A stretch of 64,000 nucleotides of DNA. Origin: Octopus vulgaris (lineage: Eukaryota). The notes under the pieces were generated by a model. That model searched no databases and had not been told where the DNA came from. It saw nothing but the letters and a program-made list of their open reading frames with translations. Position numbers and translations under genes: made by a program. This document shows, one piece after another, positions 49,451 to 61,707 of this stretch; position 1 is the first letter of the stretch, and the number at the start of each line of letters is the position of its first letter. The stretch covers positions 35,154,001 through 35,218,000 of the forward strand of contig OX597823.1 of NCBI GenBank assembly GCA_951406725.2, in the 5' to 3' direction.

Positions 49451-49702
49451 ATTCACGGCAATGCAAATAATATTATATATTGCATCAATTTTATTTTAAA
49501 CAAAATAAACACATTAATATTTTTGCATTTGAAGTAAATGGTGGATAAAATTAGATCAATTTTTTAAAATCACTCACATAATAATTCGACAGAAGTGGCC
49601 TGGTAAACAAAAAGAAGTAGTGAAGAAAATGGAAATGGACAAAATTGAGGCAACAGTTGGAACGCTGCAAGAGAAAGAAATAGTGACAACATAGCCGCGT
49701 TG

Positions 49703-49738
<36 letters not shown>

Positions 49739-50109
49739 GAAGAAAACAGAGCGAAATGTGAATATGAATATGTTTTTGTGTAAATAATGTTAAAAAGTTT
49801 CTTTTTTATTTTTGTAATTATAATCATTATTTAAAAAGAAATACAAATTAAAAAAAAATTCTTTTTTTTTTATTTTGCGCTGAGTACGAGAATTTATAAT
49901 ATACGATAACATAATATTGCGAGAGATAGAAATAGAGACAACAGAGCCGCGTTGTATAATTGGTCAAGCACATTTAGTGTTTGACCCAACAAAATGTTGG
50001 GTCGAGCTCAAATAATAATATATAGAAGAGATCCGATCGAAATATGAATATGAAGAGGCTCATGATTAAATAATGTTAAAAAGATCTTATTAATTATTAT
50101 GTTATAGAA

Positions 50110-51400
50110 CACGCACAGAGGTCTACACAAATAAAATAGGCTATCTTTTGGACTGAAGGTAGCTCCTACAATATTCCAACAGGTGATAGACGCGATGTTG
50201 GCAGACTGTCAATTTGCTATTCCTTACTTTGATGACGTGTTAATCAAAAGCGAATCGCAGAATGAGCATATCGAACACGTGAAGTATGTCTTAAAAGAAA
50301 ATAAGAATTATAGTTTCACACTCAGTGAAGAGAAGTGTGAATTCTCTTTGCCTAAAATCAAATACTTAGGTCAAACCATAGATAAGAATGGAAGACATCC
50401 TGACCCGTCGAGGGCAGTGGCAAAGAAGAATATGCCTCCTCCAACGAATATACCGACATTACAAGTTTTCCTTGGCCTAGTAATTTACTATCAACAGTAC
50501 ATTCTAAACATACATAAATTGAGAGCATCATTAAATGATTTACTAAAAAAAAAAAAAGAAGTAAAATGGAATTGGTCAATAGAGTGCCAAAACGCATTTG
50601 AACACATAGAAAATACTATTTTCTGACTTGTCACTCGTACATTTCGATTCTAGAATGGACATTGTTCTAGCATCTGATGCTTCGCAGGTATGGAATAGGA
50701 GCAGTCTTGCTATACAAGTATAACGATGGAAATATGACGCCAGTAGTTCATGCTTCACGTTCGCTGATAGCAGAAGAAAGTATAGTCAGATAGAGAAGGA
50801 GGCTCTATCGATTATTTTGGCGGTGAAAAAAATTTCACAAATTTCTATAAGGTAGTTTTTTGCCTCAGACCGACCATCAAACATTACAATCAATTTTTGG
50901 ATCAAAGAAGGAACTGCCTACCCATGCAGCAAATCGACTACTGAAGTACAATATTAAGATGCAGTGTATTCCATAGAAGAAAATTGATCATGCAACTGCT
51001 TTTCGAGGATAATTCCCAAGAGTGTGGAACCGCTAGATGAGACCGTGATAGCGTCATTGCTGTCAGAAAATGAAGTAAGAAGTATTGTGTGTAATATAAT
51101 TCAGGAACTGCCGGTGACAGCCCATGATATAAAAATGAAGTCCGTAGAGGATAGTTACATTACAAGAATGAAAGAAACGTTGAAAAATTAGCATAATAAA
51201 AATACAAATTTAAATAATTTCTCACTATGCGACGATGTCTTAATGTACGCGCAGAGTGTAGTAGTATTAACTGCACTACAGAAACAAGTATTGAAACAAT
51301 TCTACTGTGGGAATGGTCAGAACAAAAGTTTTAATGAAGAGCTTTGTATATTAACCGACTATGAACAGAGACATCGAGAGTAATATTGATTTAAGATGAT
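50110..51400 (+). mobile_element. Decayed Ty3/Gypsy pol (RT-RNase H-integrase start)
   Basis: RLSFGLKVAPTIFQ, YFDDVLI, KCEF..IKYLG, LASDAS, YSQIEKEAL, QTDH, GMVRTK.LM.SFVY. No LTRs seen. Confidence 0.85.
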
Positions 51401-51439
51401 GAAAATAATGAAGGTAATGACTGCACAGCAAAGAAGATT

Positions 51440-52130
51440 TAAAGCTCTTCAGGTGATACTTATTCTTCAGGTGTTTTAGTGGATGTCGTATCTTCGTTAA
51501 CTCCAACAAATCTGCGTCTGTCAGGGTTTCAGAGTGGGCATCGATGAGGTCATTCACCTTATCTTGCGTGATGTCAAAACCTTCGCCAAGTTCCTTTGCC
51601 AGTCTCACCTCATTGTTGATAGCCTCGTGCTAAATATCTTCAGGTGAGAAGCCCTGGTAGCCCTGGACACACTATGGTTACACATACCTCCAGCATGCGA
51701 TGAGGATTTCTGTTTTCATGTCTTTAAGAGCAACGTGGATAGCTGACAGGCACGTTCCGATCGTGAAGTTACGCCAGTACTCCTTTAACCTGAAATTCTC
51801 GTCCGAATCCATTGCGTCTGCGAGGTGTTCGAGAGTACCGAGTGCAAAATACCTTGAAGGTACAGATGACGCCTTGATCTATAGGCTGGATGAGGAAGGT
51901 GGTGTTGACTCGAGTTGGACTCCCTCGTCATTCAGATCCAAAGAGTGACCACCAGCATTATCCATAACAGGCAACACTTTGAATTCCGTGCATACATTTT
52001 GCAGGTATTCCTTGGCTTGAGGGATGAAGCATTGGTGGAACCAATTCAAAGTTAGACTTCTGATAATCCAGACCTTGGGGTTGTGCATCCAGTGGACAGG
52101 CAGCAGGTCTTTATTCTTATTTTTGAAGTT
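51440..52130 (-). mobile_element. Tigger/pogo DDE transposase fragment
   Basis: KNKDLLPVHWMHNPKVW..WFHQCFIPQAKEYL..FKVL.VMDNAGGH; LAKELGEGF..VNDLIDAHSETLTDADLLEL. Confidence 0.8.
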
Positions 52131-52881
52131 ACACTAGCGCTTACCATACGAGCACCAACAATTTGACCTCTTTGAAAGTCCGAAAGATCTGACATTTTAA
52201 TGAATTTTAATTACCTTTTTCTGATGATATTTGAAAAGAAAGAGCAATTTTAGCAAAATATATTAAGCAACATTTATAAAAAGTAAAAAAAAGCCCATAA
52301 AAATAAACAAGCCTTTGACGGTTTTATAGATATTTCAAAATTATGATGCTAGGTGTTTCCATTATTTTGTCCAACTACTGTATAATTTGTAGGTATGTAT
52401 ATGTATGTATATGCATGTGTATGTGCGAATACATATGTGTGTATGTATATATATATATGTATACATAAATATGTATATGCATACATATATAAATGTGTAT
52501 GCATATGTGTGTATACTTTTATATATGTGAGCATGTATTTGCGCACATAGTTTGTATATTTGTCTGCGTGTCTATATGTGTGTATGTACGTTTGTACTTA
52601 TGCAGATATACATGTAATTTGATGTGTGCGTTTTCATGTGCTCATTGCGCAAGCTATATGGAATATCTAATTATCGCATGATGTAATACTTTCTGACTAT
52701 ATCTATTTCCCCTTTCTCTCGCTAGTTTTCTGTTTCTCTTTCTTCTATTTCTTTTTCCTTCTTTTTCTTTAGCCTGTAACAGCTAACTTGTATAAACATA
52801 CGCCAGGAGATTTTGTGCGCGTGCATGTGTGTGCGTACACACAAGTATATGTATTTGTATATATATATATATATTTATGAG

Positions 52882-53266
52882 TGGAGGCGCAATGGCCCAG
52901 TGGTTAGGGCAGCGGACTCGCGGTCGTAGGATCGCGGTTTCGATTCCCAGACCGGGCATTGTGAGTGTTTATTGAGCGAAAACACCTAAAAGCTCCATGA
53001 GGCTCCGGCAGGGTATGGTGGTGAACCCTGCTGTACTCTTTCACCACAACTTTCTCTCACTCTTACTTCCTGTTTCTGTTGTACCTGTATTTCAAAGGGC
53101 CGGCCTTGTCACTCTCTGTGTCACGCTGAATATCCCCGAGAACTGCGTTAAGGGCACACGTGTCTGTAGAGTGCTCAGCCACTTACACGTTAATTTCACG
53201 AGTAGGCTGTTCCGTTGATCGGATCAACCGGAACCCTCGTCGTTGTAACCGACGGAGTGCTTCCAC
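52882..53266 (+). mobile_element. tRNA-derived SINE, full-length, with TSD
   Basis: A box TGGCCCAGTGG, B-box-like GGTTTCGATTCCC. ATATATATTTATG on both flanks. Confidence 0.85.
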
Positions 53267-53669
53267 ATATATATTTATGTCTTGTCTATATATGTATGTA
53301 GCTATGTACATGCGTCTGTATGTTTAGTGCATACATGTATATTATAGATAGTTTGGTATATGCATATACTACTAAATGTATATGTAATCCAACTCGAACA
53401 TTTTTTAAACGGATATAATTTTTAATGTATTAATTGATTAATATTTTACAAATAATAATTATCATTTACCTTGGGTATTTAGTCTCTGTCCTTCTCTTTT
53501 GATTTATGGTTTTCTTCGATTTTATAATAATATGATTTTATATCGAAATTTGTTCATTGTAAAGACCGTTAATTGAAAGGACTAATGAAACAAAACCAGT
53601 TACAAATATAAATCTATTAAACTAATTGCATATGTTTGCTTATAACCTTATTTTTGTTCCATTGTAAAC

Positions 53670-53714
53670 AAGACTGTCCGACGAACGGGAACGTGAAACT
53701 CTGAGTAACAGCTT
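53670..53714 (+). ncRNA. Compact hammerhead ribozyme-like motif with CCGACGA (U4C) core
   Basis: Stem I CTGT/ACAG (extends AAG/CTT). CCGACGA 53678-53684. Stem II ACG-GGAA-CGT, GAAA 53695-53698, stem III ACTC-T-GAGT, GUA site ending 53707. Confidence 0.65.
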
Positions 53715-53762
53715 TTATGATATTTTTGCTGCTTTTCACTAAAGTATCTATCTATCTATCTA

Positions 53763-53863
<101 letters not shown>

Positions 53864-53933
53864 TCATACATACGGTCAGTAACCTACACAAACACAGCCC
53901 TACATTTATATAGTTATATAAAATGTAGATATA

Positions 53934-54385
53934 TACGAGAGTAAGCTGAAAAGTTCATAGACTGGCTATAAAAGCTGAATGCATTAATTTTAACACTTCT
54001 TTATTAATAACAGCATTGCATTTTGCTACGTAAACTGACATCTGACTGTTCAAAGAAGCTTTCAAAAGTAACTGGTAGCGACTTCTCTTGGAAATGGACA
54101 AAATTTGGCAACGTGGTATTATCAAATACCTGGAAAAAGAGGGTCTAGCCCCAACAATATTCATACTGACATAGTTGCTATATTGGGGGACGACATTCCA
54201 GCTTTATCAACAGTTCATAATTGGGCAGTTGAATTTAGAATGAGAAGAGAAGTTCTCAAAGATGACCCAAGGTTTGGACGTTCTACAACTGCAATCACCG
54301 AGGAAAGTACTAACCATATTCACCACGTGGTGGCAGACGACAAGCGACTGACTATAAATCAAATATCCAAAGCTATTAAAATTTC
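53934..54385 (+). mobile_element. Mariner 5' fragment
   Basis: TIR-like TACGAGAGTAAGCTGAAAAGTTC; MDKIWQRGIIKYL; STVHNWAVEF..LKDDPRFGR. Confidence 0.75.
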
Positions 54386-55524
54386 TTTTAGCTTTGTTTT
54401 TGATTTACTCGATGCTGTGCATAAAATTACCTTACTGTGAGTTAAATAAGAATGTTCTTTTTACCCACAGTGAGCAATTACCGCCATTTGTTTTAACTTT
54501 TTAAATTTACGCGATGCTGTGCATAAATATTATTTAATTAATGACGAACAGTTAAAATCGAAGATATTCTACCAAAGCTATCCATTGTGACACAAGCTAA
54601 CTCATAAGTGCTTTATAAGCAGCTAACTTATGCTATTAATTGAAGGAAGACGAGTTTGTCTCCCCAGAGGTGCAGTCAGTAACTGCTAAAATCTAGCTAA
54701 AATATCTCTCGCTCTTTTTTCTGAGATTGTGAGTAGAGACAGACGGTAGGATTTTCAATACAAATATGTTTTGTTTTACTTGCCATAGTATCTGGACATC
54801 AGTTGTCTTAATTCATTGAAGCCCATCATCTGTTGATGATAGTGCGGAATGTCTGGCGATGGGTAGATTTATAAATTCTGTAAGTTGCATATCACGGTGA
54901 GTACATCGAGCACCATGGTGTATACCCTTCTGGGTGAGTTCAAAGAAATATTTGTTTTAGTGTGAGAGGAGGTAAAGTGTAGATATTGCTTCGTGTCTGT
55001 GCCGATGATGATGATGGGAGTCTCTCGTAGTCCGAGAAAAACCGTTCTGCAATTTCTTACTGAACAACCTGCACAAATGATCTGTTTATAGTGATCCAAT
55101 GTGCATGCTGTACATCAGCTCACCCTCTCCAGTAAATCAACGTAGCCTGAACAGGTGCACGGTGTTCTGTATCTCCGGTGTTAAAGTGACCACAGAGCAA
55201 CGTGAGATGAAGTGCTTTGCTCAAGAGCACAACACACCACCCAGTTCAGGAATTGATACCACGACCTCGCGATCGTGAGTGTAATGCCCTACTAGGCCAT
55301 GTGCTCTCACATTACATCGTGCTTGTAGCTTTGTAATATATGCCTGCCTCAATTTACTTGTGTATTTTCATTATTAAAATACACTAAAATGATTGTTAAT
55401 CTTGGATTCCATTGTGAACCGAATGTTATTATTCCATCAAGTAGTATTTATCATTAATTTCTCTGCTTTTATTCGAAAGGATAAAACAGTCACCTAGAAT
55501 TTTTACCAGCTCTCTTTTATAAGA

Positions 55525-55920
55525 ATGTGGACTGAGAAGTTTATAGGCCGATTATAAAGAATTGACATCAGAGCTGTGAATTTCAGCCCTTATTTGGCAT
55601 CGTAGTGTTATCAAGTATCTGTAGAAAAAGGTTTTACTCCCTTCCCCAAAGACATTCATGTCTATATGGTTGCTACATTAGAGGATGAAACACCAGCTTT
55701 ATGAAAAGTGGGAAGCTGAAATTTGGAGGGGGAAGGGAGATTTTGTAGATGACCCAAGGTCTGGACATCCTGCAACTGCCATCACTGAGGAAAATATCGA
55801 TCGTGTTCATCACACGGAGATGGATGAGAGGCGACTGACTATAAATCAAATAGCCAATGCTATTAGCATATCCCGTAAGAGAGTTGAGAATATTCTGCAC
55901 AATGAACTTGGCATGATCAA
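55525..55920 (+). mobile_element. Mariner 5' fragment (second copy)
   Basis: DDPRSGHPATAITEENIDRVHH..DERRLTINQIANAISIS..RVENILHNELGM. Confidence 0.75.
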
Positions 55921-56454
55921 TTATAGCGCTCCCATTGATTTTAAGGGTATACTGTACTTCCATATCCTTTCACCAACCAGAAGCTGACAAGAACTATCCA
56001 AAGCATAAATATAAGTGATATTTGGTAGGATAATCCTTAACTGACAATGTGATCCACAAGCGAACAAAAACAGGATATTTATGTCGTTACGCATAACAGA
56101 ACAGTAGTCAAACAGGCCTCTCCAGTTTTCAGTTTCCTGTTTCTATATTCAATTTCTGTTGGAATTGAGTACCATTAAGATGTTAATTTATTCCGAGAAA
56201 ATACCTTTTCTGCAAGTCAAATGCAATACATATTTACAATGATTTTTGAAAAACCTGTCTCATAGGTAGAATGACTATGGATTGGTCATCCAACTAGGCG
56301 ACGCTGTTTCATTTTATCTCGTAATAGGTCAGAAATGTTGCAAGTACAAAATTTTAAACTACAGTTTCAAATTATTTAATTTAGTAGAAAATCAATCGTT
56401 TCCTTTTAATATTTTTACAAAACCTACACAGAAACAAATTTATTCGTAATGCTA

Positions 56455-56511
56455 CCACGTCATCATTTGCCTGTCGTCATTATCTCTGCATTTCCAAAAA
56501 GCTTGACGTCA
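56455..56511 (+). promoter_or_regulatory. Candidate CRE/ATF elements upstream of the PDZ gene
   Basis: Perfect TGACGTCA at 56504-56511, 28 nt before the ATG; CCACGTCA at 56455-56462. Motif match only. Confidence 0.4.
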
Positions 56512-56539
56512 TAAAATTTTCTTCGTTTGAAACCATTGA

Positions 56540-57337
56540 ATGATGGCACCATTGCATCCTATAAACATTGTTCTGAAAAGAGACTCATATGGATTCGGTT
56601 TTGGTTTCCAACGGCAAACCCAAAATGGTAAAACGGGTATTTACGTTGTTGATGTTCTCAGAAATTACTACAGCAACAGGGCTGTCATGTTAGACGAGTC
56701 CGATCGCATATTAGCAATAAACGGCAGTGATTTAGAAAATAAAAATTCTAATCAGATACGCGAGTTGTTGAAAAAGTCTGGCAACGATGTATGTCTAACT
56801 ATTCAGCCGAATAATAAGGAAACAAATACTATTCGAGCTGCTATACTGAATAATATTCCTGACTATCTAAAGACTACAGACCAATCGTGGAAAGCAAAGT
56901 TCTTAAAAATTATAAGAAATGTATTTGAACAACCCAAAGGTGTTTTTGTTGTGACTTTCAGAAGATCAAATGATCTCAAATTTCGTATTCTGGGAGGTTC
57001 TGAACAGCCAATTATAAGCGGTTATACGGGAATTCATATCGTACAGCTAGACAAGGATATACAATATTGCACTGAAGGGATGCAGTTGTTAGAAGGTGAT
57101 CGACTAATCAGTGCCAATAACATACTTTTAGATGGTGAAACTCTTGCGAATACTGACGCCATTTTACGAAATGGTAAAGAAGACACTATCAAATTGATTG
57201 TGTCACGTCTTCAATTTACCAGTAAAAAGAAGCTTGTAAATAAGAAAAGAGGTGGGATGTCTTTTATGTCACCCATATCAATGGAAATAGTGTTCCTAAG
57301 CACTTTGGCTTTCATGATTTCTCGTTTTATTCCTTAA
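56540..57337 (+). CDS. Intronless tandem-PDZ protein with C-terminal hydrophobic anchor (SYNJ2BP/OMP25-like), 265 aa
   Basis: PDZ1 IVLKRDSYGFGF..GIYVVDV..DRILAINGSDL..LLKKSGNDVCLTI. PDZ2 LKFRILGGSEQP..GIHI..LLEGDRLISAN. A basic stretch precedes ISMEIVFLSTLAFMISRFIP. AATAAA at 57478-57483. Confidence 0.85.
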   Translation: MMAPLHPINIVLKRDSYGFGFGFQRQTQNGKTGIYVVDVLRNYYSNRAVMLDESDRILAINGSDLENKNSNQIRELLKKSGNDVCLTIQPNNKETNTIRAAILNNIPDYLKTTDQSWKAKFLKIIRNVFEQPKGVFVVTFRRSNDLKFRILGGSEQPIISGYTGIHIVQLDKDIQYCTEGMQLLEGDRLISANNILLDGETLANTDAILRNGKEDTIKLIVSRLQFTSKKKLVNKKRGGMSFMSPISMEIVFLSTLAFMISRFIP

Positions 57338-57699
57338 ATTCCCTGAAATACATTCTTCGAGCAAAAGAGATAACTAACTATACAAACTAACGCCCAGTAA
57401 ACATCTATGGGAAATGTAAAAATGCTTTTGCTCTTAAATATGAGGAGAAATGTCAATTATAGACACACGCGTATAGGAATAAATCTATGCATGGAATATC
57501 GTAACCTAATTTTTACTGACTTCGAGATTTCGACTGATCTGTAACTTATCCAAGCAGTTTGAATAACCCACAGATCTGGTGAAACTCCTAAGCTACTATC
57601 AATTAAATATTAAACTCTTCATGTGTTTTGACTTAATTATCCAGGCAGCGCTCATCGTTTTTATTCATACAAAATACTTAATTGTTACCATACATTCCG

Positions 57700-57850
57700 T
57701 CTCTACGTTCTGCGTTCAAATTCCGCCGAAGTCGACTTTGCCTTTCATCTTTTCGGAGTCGATAAAATAAGTATCAGCTAAGTACTGGGGTAGATGTAAT
57801 CGTTCTATTCCCTCTTCCGAAGTTGCTGGCCTTGTGCCAAAATTTGAAAT
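57700..57850 (+). mobile_element. SINE fragment (GGCGGCGAGCTGGCAG family)
   Basis: GTTCAAATTCCGCCGAAGTCGACTTTGCCTTTCATC... Confidence 0.75.
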
Positions 57851-57997
57851 CTTAAAATCAGTCTATAGCCATACACACACACATACATACATACATGCAT
57901 ACATACATACATACATACATACATACATACATACATACATACATGATGACTGCGACTCGATTTCGAATATTACTATCGCTTGGTGGTTTTCTTAAAA

Positions 57998-58727
57998 CTG
58001 TTATGACCTTAGGATAGACTTTCATGGTTCATTTGAGACAAAGCTGAAGGTCTATACTACTTGTGTTTTGTCTTCGTTGCTATGATCCTTAAGTATTTTC
58101 TGTATGGTGAGTTTTTCTAAAGCTGTGGCAACAATGTGCACCTTTTTCAGTATGTGTTTCATAAATATTTTGGTGATCCTTCATATGGCGTTTCAGTCCG
58201 TCACGTAAAGCATGTTCTCTTCTACACTCTCTGCAAGATAACGTATATTTCACAGTTAACAACTTCTATGAGTGTTTAGCTCCTCTGATGACATCTGAAG
58301 TTTAGACAGACCTGCCTACACTCCTTGTTTGGTAAATTGGGCTGCGCACCAACATACTCAGGCAAATTCACATTAAAACCACGACAAATATTTCTCATCA
58401 GTTGTTCAAGCTTGATACGGAAACCATGTTGTTTAAATTAGTTCCTTTCATCAGATACTTTCCTCCGGGATGAACGATCCAGAGCGAAGTTTACCAGTTC
58501 ATTTTTCTGGTGTATTCTTAATGCAATCCTTATACTTTACTTTCGTTTTGTGCGCTAGTCTTTTACACTGGGATAACTCACCATGCAGAAAATACTTAAG
58601 GATCATATGTTTGTGGTAAGTAAATCAGGTCTCCCACGCATATAGCAACGAAGACCAAATACAAGTAGTATAGACCTTCAGCTTTGTCTCAAATGAACCC
58701 TGAAAGTCTATGCAAAGGTCATAACGG
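57998..58727. repeat. Inverted repeat (57998-58113 vs 58575-58727) enclosing a decayed RTE-like C-terminus on -
   Basis: CATTTGAGACAAAGCTGAAGGTCTATACTACTTGT and its reverse complement. The interior gives TKVKYKDCIKN and DGLKRHMK on -. Confidence 0.75.
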
Positions 58728-59169
58728 TTTGGCTTTCTTGATTCGGAAGGAAATTTCATTGGCTTTGTGCAAATCTTTTTCATCACTTCAAAAACAGTGT
58801 AAACATAGGCATCACCTGATTTTTAACATCTTTATTAACATATATATATATTTGGGTTTATGCATATGAATGCACGCGTGCGAGTGTGTGTGTGTGTGTA
58901 GGTCATCTGTGTGTGTGTGCGTGTGTATGTGTGTGCGTGCGCGCGTGTGTGTATTAGTTGCAAGATTCATTAGAATCTAGGTGCATCAATACGTAGGGCA
59001 TCAGAACCAGCTAGGTAGCATAACAGAGTTCACAGGGAGGTAAAACAACCATAAGGTATCATGTGGTGTTAGTATACCGAAAGTATGTAGATATGCAAGT
59101 ATCAAATCCAATCTGACTCAAGGCTGGTTCCAGGTGTGGCTACTTACAAAAAGAACACAGATGGAGTTT

Positions 59170-59259
59170 AAAATTTACTACAGCTGTTTCGGTAGAATTT
59201 TGTTAATATATTCATAGATTATATCATAGCGTTAATCCACTAGCTTCAGGCAAAATTTT
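59170..59259 (-). ncRNA. Degenerate hammerhead ribozyme motif
   Basis: On -: AAAATTTTGC-CTGAAG(C)..CTACC-GAAAC-AGCT-GTA-GTAAATTTT. A9 is missing and stem II is damaged. Confidence 0.5.
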
Positions 59260-59884
59260 AAGCATATATACAAGCAAGCTAAAACTTTGGTGATAACCTA
59301 TACAATAAGCAGCATAATGAATAAGTGATATTTTGAAAAAAAAAGAATATTCAAATTTATAGAGGAATCAGAAGCATAAAGGACATGCGAAGAGCAAATT
59401 ACAAGCAGTTATCTTGAAAGAGTGCAAGGAAATAGGCAGTCTAGCCAAAAACTTCAAGGAAGATATCATGTAGGTCATGGTGCACCACTGTTATTTACTT
59501 TAATGGGTATTTTCATGTAGCCCTGTGTCTAACAAGTCAGAAAGTTGATGTTGCCAGCAAAAAAACTAGGATGGAAGCTCTAACTTTGCAACTCTTCGCC
59601 AAAATAGTTCAAATGACCACTTAAAATGATTGCCTGGTTCAGATCTACAAGTTCATGCAAATGATAAACAAATTTGTTCTGTAAAAAGGTCACCAGAGGT
59701 CAAAAGGCCACGGACTTTGAACTTTACTTATATTTCGCATTCACAGGTTTTATTTATCACCAATACCATATAACGTAATTTTTTTTATTGAAAATTACTC
59801 AAAACGAAGGTTTACATGTGCTTTTAAATACCAGAAGTAAAAAAAAGATTGAAAAGAAGTAGTGTTTACCCCATGGTAAACCAG

Positions 59885-61165
59885 CTATTTGAGCCAAATA
59901 CTATGCCTATGCAGACTTATTGAAGAATCAAAAGCATTTAATCGCGATCTTGCAATGGTGTTTGTAGACTTTTCTAAAGCGTTCGACTCTGTAGATAGGT
60001 ACAAGATGTTTGAAATCCTTAAGCTCTATGGGATTCATGACAAAATCATTTCTGCCATCAAGGTCCTCTACACAGATACGTCTTCAACCATCTTAACCCC
60101 TGATGGAGAAACATCATTTTTCTCAATCAAAGCCAGAATACTGCAGGGAGACACACTCGCCCCATTTCTCTTAATCATTGTCGTTGACTATGTGCTACGT
60201 ATGTCAGTTGATACCATTTCTGGCAAGGGCTTTGAAATAAAACATAGAAGAAGTTCCAGACACCCAGCTTTGAAATAAAACCTAGAAGAAGTTCCAGACA
60301 GTGACTTTGCTGACGACATCGCTCTTATCAGTGATTCTCTCTTCAATGCCCAGTCTCTTTTACAATCTCTTGAACAAGCCTCAAATTGTGTAGGTCTTTA
60401 CCTCAATGAGTCCAAGACTGAATATGTAAACAAGTGCCTGTCCAACAGTGATTTCATCATCCATACTCTCAACAATACGCTCTTAAATATGGTTTCTGAT
60501 TACAAATATCTTGGGTCATACATATCATCATCTGAAAAAGATTTTCTAACTAGAAAGGGTATGGCCTGGTCAGCCTGTAATGATATGCATAGGATGTGGT
60601 CATCAAATCTAAGTAGAGATCTCAAACTTAAAATTTTCAAAGCCACAGTCGAACCAATTCTACTATATGGCTCAGAAACCTGGACGTTATCAAAGAAGCT
60701 TGAGAGGCGGTTGGATGGAACCTACACTCGCCTCCTTATGAAAGCTCGTCGAACCAATTCTACTATATGGCTCAGAGACCTGGACGTTATCAAAGAAACT
60801 TGAGAGGCGGTTGGATGGAACCTACACTCGCCTCCTTATGAAAGCTCAAAATCTCTCGTAGAAGCGTCATCCAACCAAAGTACAAATATATGGGAAACTA
60901 CCACCTGTGTCATCTCTTGTGAAAGGTAGAAGAGTCCAGTTTGCTGGACATTGTTGTAGAGCTGAAAACGAGGCAATTTCTACTCTTCTCCCCTGGAAGC
61001 CTCTGCTCGCGATACCAGAGGGCACACACTCTCCTACCCTGATGTAATTTCCAGGGATACAGGCATCCAGCAACAGGACCTCTGTGGTGCTATGATGGAC
61101 CGTGAAGTCTGACGTGGCATAGTGAATTCCATTGTCTCGACCACGGTCGAGCAATGATGATGATT
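59885..61165 (+). mobile_element. RTE-like LINE 3' part (RT), with internal tandem duplications
   Basis: FVDFSKAFDSV, ILQGDTLAPFL, DFADDIAL, YKYLGS, EPILLYGSETW. 3' hairpin CTCGACCACGGTCGAG plus (ATG)n tail. 60649-60747 is repeated at 60749-60847. Confidence 0.85.
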
Positions 61166-61707
61166 ACCCCGTGGAATGTGAGATATTTCCGCACTTTTAC
61201 ATTGTTTTGTACGTATTGCTGAATGTGTCGAACAGAAGTAAGGCAAAATCTAGCAAGTGGTACTTTGGAATCTTTCCTTGAATCATTGCAAATGACCTGC
61301 AGAAGGTGATATTTGAGTTGATCTATAAAATGAAACATCAAATTATGCAAATATTTTCATCAAAGAGGTTGTTGAAGTGAAAAGTAAACAAAAGTTGACC
61401 CTACCTACACCATAGCAGTTTTAATATTGAAATAAATTCCTGCTTGTATAATACTTTCTATCTTTCAAGTTTAAACAAGATCCATTTCAATTGTTGCGAA
61501 AGTTACCTTCCTTCCTGGTAGGAATATACACATAATCTTACTATAAGGGGCGTTATTTCCGTTTGTCTGTCTGTTCCCTCTTCACGATCAAACGACTGGA
61601 CCAATGGTCACAATGTTTTTCGGGATTACGAAGGAAGTAATCAGGAAAGTTTTTAGCGGAAAGAATGTGAAAAAATATGATTATTTAGTGGATATTGAGT
61701 TTAGCAT

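Noticed and set aside
52882-52960. tRNA gene (also 5660-5732 and 45530-45606)
   Set aside because: A/B boxes are present, but the sequence continues into SINE bodies with tails or TSDs and gives no clean cloverleaf.
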